Positions 1 to 10,192 of a stretch of 44,415 nt of DNA are shown here, piece after piece. The stretch's first letter is position 1. Each line of letters opens with the position of its first letter. A model generated the notes under the pieces. That model did not search any database and had not been told where the DNA came from. It was given only the letters and a program-made list of their open reading frames with translations. The position numbers and the translations under genes were made by a program. Where the stretch lies: contig NW_021824673.1 in the NCBI RefSeq assembly GCF_006345805.1, forward strand, positions 1-44,415. The letters are read 5' to 3'. The stretch comes from Octopus sinensis. Its lineage: Eukaryota.

Positions 1-424
1 TTAGGTACGAGGGAGTGGTTAAGAATGTTAGTAGTACAAAAATCGGGTCGTATTTTTCTTAGTATTTGACTTTTGTTAATTATTGTTTTGAAGCCGAGAG
101 AGGGTCAAAATGAGAGTAGAGACGGTTGAAAAGCAAAAATTTGAAGAAATTTGTGATGTGTGTTGGAGAGATTTAGGAGGCTGAGAGGAGGGATAAATCG
201 ATTGATCATATACTTGGAATAAATTGGGATGCGTGTTATATATTTAATATTTGTAGGTATCTATATATATATGCTGACTACTTAATGTTTTTAATACTGT
301 GTATTAATGTAGGAGTTTATATGTATATATTTGGCGTATATGGTGTGTGTTTTGCATTGTAGTATGTAAGAGCTTGTATGTATATATTATGTATTTGTAA
401 ATGCAATTTTTGATATTTCATATG

Positions 425-473
425 TATTGCATATGCTATATATATATAAATATTATATATATATATATATATA

Positions 474-515
<42 letters not shown>

Positions 516-535
516 ATATATACATATATGTATAC
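425..535. repeat. (TA)n microsatellite
   Basis: Seen directly. Paralogs at about 26010-26140 and 38090-38200; other TA tracts at 12395-12480, 16444-16520, 18520-18580 and 42735-42862. Confidence 0.95.
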
Positions 536-659
536 ATAGACACACACACACATATTTTGCTATTTGGAATGTGTTCACTTGTCGATTGTCAGGTTGACAC
601 TTGTTTTACATTACAGCTTTATTTATTTGGAATTAGGGAAGTGCATGAATGTCGGGCAG

Positions 660-1300
660 TATTTATGCTTACGATAAAAAATAACGTCAGAGAATTTAAC
701 AGTGAGGAGTTGTGGAGGCGAAGAATAGTTAATAGACCCTTTTATACATAACATACATTTACCTATATTTGTGTTGTAGAGGGAGCTTCACATACTTGGA
801 CCACGATAGAGCGTATTGGACATTGTTTTAATTGAGGTTGTTATATGTGTTGCTAAAGATTGAAATAGTTTAGATTTGGGATTAGTGAAAGAATTCATAT
901 GAGCACGACAACGCCATTCCAAATCCTCAGTGCCCCAAATATACACCCTTCCTGGTGGGTGCATGGGTAATCACGTGGCACTTATAGATTACGCTTTTGA
1001 GGAGACAGGTGTCTGCATACATATATTTCAGAAGCGCGACAGTTGCAAGTGGTTTGGGTTTACTATTAGTAATGTTGATGTGGTTGGTTTGTTGTTAGTG
1101 GGGAGAATCTAAATTAGGATTTATATTAGTATCGGATTGAGAGGTTTTAATGGAACTAATATTTTCGTCTCGTAGACAGGGTTGTAGAATGTTGGCTTAA
1201 GATTAGTATTATACAATTGAGGTGGCTTATTAATGTTTGTATTATTGTATTGTGAAGTTTAGCTTGGGATTTTGGGGAAAATTTTGGTTTTATCCACACA
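660..1300 (-). mobile_element. Penelope-like element remnant, GIY-YIG endonuclease region
   Basis: Minus-strand translation across frameshifts and copies gives TTCNCRASE, DTCLLKSVIYKCHV, VYINGTEDFQCRCRAHMYSFTNPESKLFQSLATHIYNL and KCML...LLNS. This matches the PLE pattern CNC...CL...VIY...YIG.T...F..R...H..SF...LS..IW.L. Confidence 0.6.
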
Positions 1301-1539
1301 TAAAGCCTACCGGTGTTTTTTATAAAGACTTATGGAACACCGTGACCGCTGCTAGCTTTGTTGTTGTTGATGTGTATGTATTTTCAAAATGTTTTATTCT
1401 TCAACTTTGAGATGTATTGTTGATTTTTTTTTTTTTTTATCTTACTATAATCAGCAACAAACACCTTCCGTCAATATTAAATTCTTTATTGGATAAAAAA
1501 AAAACATTATCAAAACATGAAGTTAAAACAACAAATGTC

Positions 1540-1757
1540 TTGCTTTGTTTTCTTCCAGGCACAAATGTCGTAGCAATAGTCTTTCATCGACCCGACCTTT
1601 CCTCCAAAAAAATCAGTGGAATCATTCGATCTCCATACACAAATTATTTTCCTCCTGGAACTATAAAAAAAGTTACACACATTAGGCGCACCTTTCTCTA
1701 AGCGGCACACTAAATTTCCCAGGTAAAAAATAGCGGCTTATACACCGAAAATACGGG
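1540..1757 (+). mobile_element. pogo/Tigger-like DNA transposon right-end fragment
   Basis: Ends in gcggcttatacaccg(g)aaaatacgg, the reverse complement of a CCGTATTTTCCGG..TATAAG.CGC type terminus, with subterminal taggcgcacc and taagcggcac repeats. No left end was found. Confidence 0.5.
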
Positions 1758-2610
1758 TGTTTCTTTTTTTGTCATATTCATCGACTTTTCCTCCATAAAC
1801 GTTACACAAACACTTGACTGCGCATGCCTAAATGTCTACATTAAAGTATTTTCTAAGCTAAATTCTCTGCCTGATCTACAGGCTCATTAGGCCCCCAGTA
1901 TATCTCGGTATCGAACGTATTTCAACACACAAGGATACAACACACCGGATACCAGTCTGTCGCAATGTTAACCCCTGGTTAATGCTGGTGCTTTTCAGAT
2001 GAGAGCACTGGAAGTGTCTTTCTCGTGGACACAACTTACCGAAACAATAATCCATACGCCTATATGTGTGTGTGTGCGCGCTTATGTACATATCCGTGCG
2101 TATGTGGGTGTATTTTTGTATGCATGTACACACACACACACACACAATCTTTTATTCTTTTAATCTTTTGCTTATTTAAGGTGAATTTCAAAGTCGTTAT
2201 GCCAATCACATAATCCCCTTCCGACATAGGCCAAAAGTAAAGCTACGAAACTGGCTAAGTTTGGAAGAAAACGAAACACCACATGTGACTGGATGGGAAG
2301 TAATTGAGAATCCATAACTTATGTGAATGGATCGAATAAATATAAACATTGTTTAGCTGAAAGAGTGCATATCCTGTTCAGATCTAAGATGCTTAATTCT
2401 CTATTGGACTCTAGGTCGGGAATTTTCAGTCGTTGTCAAGTATAAATATATTTTGAAGAACTGAAAAATTCCGTCTATTCTTGATTGAATTTTTGATATC
2501 TTTTTAGCCTTATAATTCAAGGTCTAACGAGGAGAACTCTTAAATGCTGTTTTTACTTTTCCCTTTTCCCATTTTCGTTTTTGTGCTTTCGCTTTCCGAT
2601 TTCCGGAACA

Positions 2611-3700
2611 CTGGGCATGCTGTGGAAGACATGCACTGGGGCTGCGGCATCTCCAAACATTCTGCCTAAACGGTGAACAGGTGTGGTCATCGTTTGTCAA
2701 ACAGGCTTTTCCACAACTCATCTCCTTGAGTAAGCTGCAGTCGTGGGTCAAGAAGAGACCGAGGAAGGGTTACTGGCATCTGGAATGTTGCTAGGCACTC
2801 ACTGTCCTCTACCAGGTGGACAATGCGATCAGTGGAAAATCCACTCTGAAGTTCTATGGAGGGTTAGTGGAGGGAAAGTGCGATGAAGCACTTGGAGAGA
2901 CGCTAGGCGTTGACAAAATTGAACTAACCAGTCTGTTGAGGAGGACTTTCAAGACGGGGACGATGGATAACTTCTAGAAGTCCCTTGTTTTGCAGTGCTG
3001 TCGGGGGGCACTGACGGTTCGAGATAAACTCTACAAGCACGGAATTTCTGTCTGACCGACCTACCCGACATGTGCGCAGAGCGATGAAATCGTTCTGCAC
3101 GCACTCGTCCAGTGTCCTTGCATTACTGACATGTGGAGTTATGTTGAACAGCTGTTATCAAGTGTAGGGTGGTTCTATCTATCGGCCGAGTCCGTAGTGA
3201 AGATCGCTCAGCCGCTTTCCATCAGTCCGGAAGGTCAGGCAATTTACTTCGATTCTTATAACAGTAGCGAAAGAGGCTGTATTGTGGACCAGGTTAAACG
3301 GACTAAAGGCAGAGACTTTTCTCTACGGCCAATCACTCGTCAACTTTTTCAAATTTCCTTTGGAAAGGAAGATGAGGGTGCAGAGTGAAGTGCTGCCTCC
3401 CAGTACATTTGCCAAAAGGTGGATGAACAGCGAAAATGGTACGTGTGAGTGGACCTACTCTAATAACACGCCTTTGGGCTAGTGAATTTGAGAGGGAGGA
3501 GAGTGCTCTTACCAGATGCCCTCGAAGCGTCGAGTGGTTCAGGATTGGGGTGGGGGTACCTGAGCCAACTCCAGGGGATTACCTGCACCTATTACGAACT
3601 TTCATTGTTATATTCTTTGGTCGGATATCATTGTCATTCTTTTAACTGTGTACTCGTTGTCTCTGTGTTAAATCTCCACTGTCCATGTCTACTGTGTCCT
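2611..3700 (+). mobile_element. Tx1/L1-clade LINE lineage A, decayed 3' part of ORF2 plus 3' UTR
   Basis: Translates with stops and frameshifts to GM..RHALGLRHL..GEQVWSSFVKQAFP..KFYGGLVEGK..LHALVQCP..MWSYVEQLLS..KRW; paralogous to the 6561 element. Confidence 0.85.
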
Positions 3701-3932
3701 TTTCTTTACTACCCACAAGGGGCTAACACAGAGAGGACAAACAAGGACAGACAAACGGATTAAGTTGATTATATATATCGATCACAGTGCGTAACTGGTA
3801 CTTCTTTAATCGACCCCGAAAGGATGAAAGGCAAAGTCGACCTCGGGGAAATTGAACTCAGAAGATAACGGCAGAAGAAATACCGCTTAGCATTTCGCCC
3901 GACGTAATAAAGATTCTGCCAGCTCTCACCGC
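3700..3932 (-). mobile_element. tRNA-derived SINE (family 1)
   Basis: Minus strand starts gcggtgagagctggcagaatc (A-box-like), has gagttcaatt (B-box-like), then gtcgactttgcctttcatcctttcggggtcga; resembles an octopus SINE. Confidence 0.8.
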
Positions 3933-3973
3933 TTTTCTACTGTATCTTCTCCGATATGCCGGCCCTATTGGCA

Positions 3974-3974
<1 letters not shown>

Positions 3975-4007
<33 letters not shown>

Positions 4008-4072
4008 TAATAATAATAATTTAATAATAATAATAATAATAATATTAATAATAATAATAATAATAAATAATA
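3975..4072. repeat. (AAT)n microsatellite
   Basis: Seen directly. Confidence 0.95.
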
Positions 4073-4585
4073 GTAAGGGTTGTTGAAGGATGTTGAAACG
4101 AAGATGTAGCCATCGTCTTGGTATATAGGATGGGCTCCAGCAAATATTCTGCTCAATACCACAGATTTGCTTGTCAGTTGCTCGACGTTAGCCAGTTGAG
4201 CATGTCCCTTAGTGGCTGAAGATATGTGCATCTCTGATCGCAAGCAGAAGTAGTGGGGGAGTATCATAGCAATGTGTTAAGAGGGATTCTTTGGGGTTTG
4301 AATAATTCACCTCTGGAAACATGGGTGTTTCGTTCAAAATCCGTAAACAACTCTTACTCAGGGACCTTTTGAGCAGGATGGGTTACTCGACCAGAAGAAA
4401 ATTCTAACTGGGCCCCACATAGAAGGTCATGTGCTTTTTATCTTGATATGAGATCATCATGTTTCGCACTTATGGTTGTGATGCATGTGTATGGTGTACC
4501 CTTATCAGACGGGTAGTCATGATGGGTATACTGGGCTTCATATATTTTACCCTAGTGTCACTTTGATGGCATGCACTGCTCTCTC

Positions 4586-4586
<1 letters not shown>
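4073..4586 (+). mobile_element. ~510 bp interspersed repeat embedded in (AAT)n, probably the 3' end of a 5'-truncated LINE
   Basis: Flanked by (AAT)n on both sides, ends gcatgcactgctctctc-(aat)n, and is absent at the paralogous site in copy III. Family not determined. Confidence 0.6.
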
Positions 4587-4625
<39 letters not shown>

Positions 4626-4710
4626 TTATAATAATAATTATTATATTATTTTATTATTATTTTATTATTACTATTATTATATTTTTATTATATATTATAA
4701 TATTATTGTT
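4587..4710. repeat. (AAT)n switching to (ATT)n
   Basis: Seen directly; also at 29804-29940. Confidence 0.9.
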
Positions 4711-5043
4711 ATTGGAAATTTCTTCGGCTAAACATTCACTCACTTCTTCACAGTAAAATTATATCATTTAATGCAATCGTTAATGTGATATTCCCTCCAG
4801 TTTCATATTAAAGAAAGCTTAGGCAGGGTTATGTATATATTACATCACACACATAGAGACACCCAACACACACCCACACACACACGAACAATCGTACACA
4901 TCAACTCTCCTCCTCTTCTTTCCCCTCTCTCTCTTCTATCACTCCCTCTACCCCTCTCTCATTTTAACTCTTCACTTCCCCGCCAATCATCATAAACTGC
5001 TGACTGAAATTTTCAAATCGAAATTATATAATTAGAAATACAG

Positions 5044-5080
<37 letters not shown>

Positions 5081-5083
<3 letters not shown>

Positions 5084-5435
5084 TTAGGATGTGGAATGTT
5101 CGTATCCGCTAACACGGACCACGTCATCATAATACTGTCCACGAAGTGTTGATAGGAGCAAAGCTTATCCAAGAGAAGTCGGTGGGCCTGCAAATCGGCA
5201 GATGGAGAGGCAGACCCATACCACCGACAGTTTGTAGGGCGCTAAAGTGAAAGACAGGTTAAACTGTTTGGGGTCTGGTCTGCTGTAGACCCCGAGGTTG
5301 GACAACAACGGGTGGGAGGTGACGAACAGGATAGTCGATCTCACCCAGAAATTGGCAGAGAGGAAGCTGTTCGTGAAGGGTCGAGTCGAGGTGGCGAATG
5401 CGTACATCGCTTCCGTCAACTATGACTGCCTGAAT
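5081..5435 (+). mobile_element. Tx1/L1-clade LINE lineage B, RT C-terminal fragment truncated by a deletion junction
   Basis: EKSVGLQIGRWRG..GWEVTNRIVDLTQKLAERKLFVKGRVEVANAYIAS. The sequence stops at gactgcctgaat, whereas 43215 continues into the LINE. Confidence 0.85.
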
Positions 5436-5716
5436 ATAATAACCACATTGTATCAAACGCAAGGATACAAGTGTTCGTCTGGTACGTTGATTTTTGTTAA
5501 TTTTTATGTCTTGACAAAGGCTGCGCTGATGAGAAAAAGTGTGGATTTTGTGCACTAATTACGGAATCATATGATGTTCAGCTACGTCTGTTTCTGGAGG
5601 CTCGCTTTGAGAGTTGCATTCCCTCGCGTTTTGTACAATGTGGGCATTATAGTAGTTTATACTTCAAGAGACCCTCCTAGCGTGAGGCATTTATGTATAA
5701 GTAATGCCCTTAATAT
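5431..5716. mobile_element. MITE missing most of its left TIR
   Basis: Matches the internal part and right TIR of the complete element at 18593-18938; also at 30706-30985. Confidence 0.75.
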
Positions 5717-6254
5717 ATATAAATATATTCATAGGGAATAATTAATAAGTTATCCCTTCTGAGGTTTTTCACAATAACTACTTGATAAATCCTCGTAAAA
5801 ATTTTATCCTATATTTCAATTATATATATTTATTAGTAGCCCCAAACTTACTTTGTTATATATATACACACACACACACACACTTATGTATATATATATA
5901 TATATTTTACATATATGTATACATCTATGTATATGTGAGCGCCTGTATGTATATGTGTATGTGTTTCAGTTTATCCACTATGACCGCTTGGGAAGAGGTT
6001 CCGGTTTTTTACGTCCCAGTAATTTGGCCGATCGGTATCTTGTTAAATTCCTTACAACCACTTGAAACTTTTCACATTTTTACCACATCATTTTCAAAGC
6101 ATTTACGTCTGATGCAGAATTGCCTGCCGCTGACGATAATTGCATTCATGTTTTTCTTTTTTCTGGTAAGTAATAAAAAAAAATCAAAAGTATAAAGTTG
6201 CGTAACTGTAGGCAAATCAGCGGAAGGGATCGCGAGAATACACAGCAGGCTTAA

Positions 6255-6352
6255 CAACAAATACTGGGGTCGATTTGTGCGACTAAAACACTTTAAGGCA
6301 GTGCCCCAGCATAGGCGCAGCCCAATGGATGACAAACGTAAGGAATTGTTTA
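6255..6352 (+). mobile_element. Decayed SINE 3' fragment (family 2 tail)
   Basis: tactggggtcgatttgtgcgactaaaa..aaggcagtgccccagcat resembles the reverse complement of 42615-42680; repeated at about 19470 and 31530. Confidence 0.5.
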
Positions 6353-6469
6353 CAGCTATGGTTTAAATTCTACGCCATAAATTGTCGGATCTCATCGAAG
6401 ACAGCGAACGGGAATTGAAGCTCTATGGTTTGTGTTCCTGAAATTTTAAAGGATGCAACAATAGAAAAT

Positions 6470-6498
6470 GATCTATCTATCGATCAATCAATCGATCT

Positions 6499-6530
<32 letters not shown>

Positions 6531-6560
6531 CCTATATATCTACATATCTATCTATCTATC
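6470..6560. repeat. (TATC)n microsatellite, 5' flank of LINE C
   Basis: Seen directly; also 19690-19825 and 31745-31833. Confidence 0.95.
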
Positions 6561-8056
6561 TGGAACGAGATAACGAGTAGGGTGGTCACTCTCGCCCAGC
6601 AATGGGCCGAGAGGAAAGTGTCCCTAAAAGGTCGGGTGGAGGTGGCGAAAGCCTACATCGCGTCCACCATCTACTACCGCCTGACCGTCGTACCTTGTCC
6701 CGACCTACCATCACCAAACTAGAACGCATCCTCTTCCGCTTCTTGTGGAAAGGATGCGTCCCGATGGTCAGGCGATCCATTTGCTGCCAACACCCGTTAA
6801 AAGAAGGGCTGGGCATGCCGTGGTTGATGATGCGCAGACACGCGCTGAGACTGCGACATCTCCGGCTCTATGTTCACGACGGTGAACAGGTGTGGTCGCC
6901 GTTTGTGAGGCATGCATTCCCGCAACTCGTCTCCATGACCGAACAACAGTCGTGGATCAAAAAGAGGCCGAGGAAGGGCGAATGGCACCGCGAGTGTCGC
7001 GTTGCTCTCAAGCAACTCTGCCGTCCCAGGTCGACCTTGAGTGACTTCAACACAACCAAAGAATTCTATAGGGGATTAGTGGAGGGGAGGTACGACGACG
7101 ATCTCTTGGCAAACCTGGGCGTCGTCGTGGAATACCTGACCCGCCTGTTTCAAACGACTTTCGGCCCGGGACCTATAGACAACTTCCAGAGATCCCTGGC
7201 CTGGCGGTGCTACCGAGAAGCGCTACCCGTTCGGGATAAGCTCTATAGGCATGGCTCGAGAAACACGGGGCCGACCTGCCCGAGATGCGGGCAGAGCGAC
7301 GAAACCGCTCTGCACGCAATGGTGAAGTGTCCAGCAATTTCCGACCTGTGGCCTTATGTCGAACGACTGCTGTCACGTGTGGGACGTGTCTGTTTATCAG
7401 CCGAGTCTATCGTTAATATCGTCACGCCTCCTTCCTTCAAACGGGAAGGAAGAGCTATTTTTATCATACTTGTGGCTATGGCGAAAGAATGTATCTGGTG
7501 GACGCGCCCGAAAGGATTGGAGACAAACACTTTCCTCTCTGGTCAATCTCTCATCAACTTCTTCAAGTATCACATGAAGAGGAAAGTGAGAGTAGAGAGG
7601 CAAATTTTGTCTAGCGAATGTTTTAAAAAAAGATGGGTGAATGTAGCAAGGATGGCACGTATGAATGACGAAGCCACCTTGACTATGATTCTATGAACCG
7701 TAAAAATTAATACAGAGAGTTGCTTATTTGCAAAAAAAAATAAAAGAAAGAAATATAATATGTGACTTCATTGACCGAGGTTACCGTGGTCTTTTCCGTA
7801 GGCTTTTCTTTACACTTCATATTGACATTTCTGTGATTACGATCCCTATTGATCAACTTTTTTTCCTCTCCCCTTTCCTTTTATTTCTTTCCTTCTCCCC
7901 CTTTTTTAAAAAAATCCTCCCCTTTTTTTGTCCTCTTTCTTTCCTTTTACGATCCCTTTTGATCGAAACCCAACCCCCTTTTTTTACCCCCAAAGAAAAG
8001 CTCTACCTTGTAATTGTTTCTGTCTGTGTGCAGCATGTGTGGCTAATAAAGAAACA
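6561..8056 (+). mobile_element. Tx1/L1-clade LINE lineage C, 5'-truncated, ORF2 C-terminus nearly intact, with 3' UTR
   Basis: WNEITSRVVTLAQQWAERKVSLKGRVEV, then one frameshift near 6705, then an open frame to the stop at 7696 including the zinc knuckle CPRCGQSDETALHAMVKC. AATAAA lies 6 nt before the (TATC)n tract. Confidence 0.92.
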
Positions 8057-8121
8057 TATCTATCTATCTATCTATCTATCCATCTATCTCTATCTATCCA
8101 TCTATCTATCTATGTATCTAT

Positions 8122-8163
<42 letters not shown>

Positions 8164-8180
8164 ATCTATGTCTATATATC

Positions 8181-8222
<42 letters not shown>

Positions 8223-8400
8223 ATTGTCTATCTATGACTATCTATCTCTATCTTTCCATCTTTCTATCTATCTATCTATCTATCTATTTATCTATCTATC
8301 TATTTATCTATCTATCTATCAAACTATCATGTGTCTGTCTAGCTATCTCTCTATCAATCATTGTCTGTATCTTTATCTTTCTATCTCTCTATCTATTACG
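8057..8400. repeat. (TATC)n microsatellite, 3' flank of LINE C
   Basis: Seen directly; also 21298-21650 and 33319-33660. Confidence 0.95.
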
Positions 8401-9424
8401 TCTCTCCATATATCGATATACATATATATATATATATACACACATCTATACATTCATTTACATTTACTTATTTTCACACACACAAACCGCACGCCGCAGA
8501 CACACACTTTCACAACACCACATATACATAATATAAGGGGAGAGGAAAATCAAATCATGGGACGAACTTACAAGCATTGTACTACAATCCAGGCTCTGGT
8601 AAACCAATCGAATGGTCGGGCAAAACGGGAAAATCTTTATGGTAAACAATCATTGTCTTTCACTTAGTTCCAAAATCCGAGTTCACTATTTCGGGTTTTA
8701 TCCTGTGTAAAAGACATTAAAATAAGAATTAAATGTTACATATGAAGTAACTTACTTTTTAGCATATTTTATATACAATGCAATTTAGTTATTTTAAACC
8801 TGTGAACGACACGCCTTTCTGCTGCATGTATATCATAAGCATTAGCATCAGGTTACATTTGCTTATCAGGTTACATCCTGCTGGTTGAAAACTGTACCAC
8901 CAGTATGCAGTAATTATAACTTTAGACTCAGATACTGATACCGGTGGAATGTAAAATACGGCTGCATGCCATTGCTTCAAATTTGAATAAACAGGATGCA
9001 ACCTTACACCGGGCACAATAATCTGCTATGATACACATATACACATCCGCAAACACACACATACTCACACATACACACACACACATTCATATGATATATA
9101 CGCATAATTGTGTGCATTGTGTTCTGCTACTTCAATGAAAAATGTTTGTAAATAAACAAATGACGCAATATATATATTATATATATGCGCAAAATATATA
9201 TAAAACATTCACTACCTCTTACGAACAGAGACTAACAGCACTTTATTGGTAAGTTACGATTTTCATTATATTATATCGGCCTTCTATTGGCCATTGTCCA
9301 GTCTCCTCAACAGCATTAAGGATGGGATAAAAAGGGTCTCCACCGTTAAGACCTCATATGTTTGTGTCCCCAAATTACCTAAAATGTTTTTTTATGCTTT
9401 TATTTTTACTTCAGTAATTTTCAG

Positions 9425-9638
9425 TTAACCCATTAGCATTGGCACTGGCCACGTCGGGCCCAAATATTCTTCCTGTTTTCTGTTGAAACTGAACAGATCA
9501 GCCCTTTCACAACCACCATGCAAAGTTATTCTAAAAGTAAGCAATCACATAATCAAAATCTCAAAGCTAGAAGATAACGTATGTTTAATTTTAACGATGT
9601 GAATAAATAAGTAATTCATCTGAATGTTGAAGGAGTAT
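9425..9638. mobile_element. Decayed piggyBac-like MITE
   Basis: Starts TTAA-CCCATTAGCATT and ends in a degenerate inverted copy, aatgttgaaggagtat. TTAA plus CCC is the piggyBac signature. Confidence 0.55.
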
Positions 9639-10192
9639 CCCCTTCTAGCTTGTACAATAATGAAACAGCAATGCCATCTCAAAATACGTGGGGTATTTTT
9701 TCAGGACACTTTTCAGGTACGAGGGAGTGGTTAAGAATGTTAGTAGTACAAAAAATCGGGTCGGTATTTTTCTTAGTAGTTGAGTTTTGTTAAGTATTGT
9801 TTGAGGCCGAGAAGTGTCAAATGATAGTAGAGGCGGTTGAATTGCAAAGATTTGAAGAAATTTGGGAAGTGTTGGAGAGATTTAGGAGGCTGAGAGGAGG
9901 AGGAAACATCGATTGATCATAATACTTGGAATAAATTTGGGATGCGTGTTATATATATTTATATTTCTGTGGTATCTATATATATGCTGACTACTTTATG
10001 TTTTTAATACTGTGTATTAATGTAGGAGTTTATATGTATATATATATATTGTGCGTATATGTGTGTGTGTTTGCATGTATATATGTAAGCGCCTGTATTT
10101 ATATATCATGTATTTGTAAATGTGATGTATTTGTAAATGCAAGTTTGGATATTTCAGATTTATTGCATATGCTCATATATTTATATATATAT

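Larger units (their letters stand above)
1..9712 (+). repeat. Tandem segmental duplication, unit copy I (lacks the SINE/hammerhead block)
   Basis: Anchor aggtacgagggagtggttaagaatgttagtag recurs at 9713, 25577 and 37649. Module order matches 25577-34200, then jumps at about 8960 to the module seen at about 24900 and 37000. Confidence 0.9.

Noticed and set aside
317-751. ORFs rich in YI, CV, HT or LSIY repeats (also 7728-8667, 16321-17006, 21268-21999, 33187-34004, 37984-38346)
   Set aside because: They are translations of (TA)n, (CA)n and (TATC)n tracts, which lack stops in some frames.
6602-7696. 364-aa ORF as a host gene
   Set aside because: It is the C-terminus of a 5'-truncated LINE ORF2; its first ~35 residues are out of frame and the ATG is incidental.
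8572-8702. Minus-strand segment bounded by a good acceptor (ttttacacag) and donor (gtaagt)
   Set aside because: All three frames contain stops. It could only be a non-coding exon, and such signals are expected by chance.
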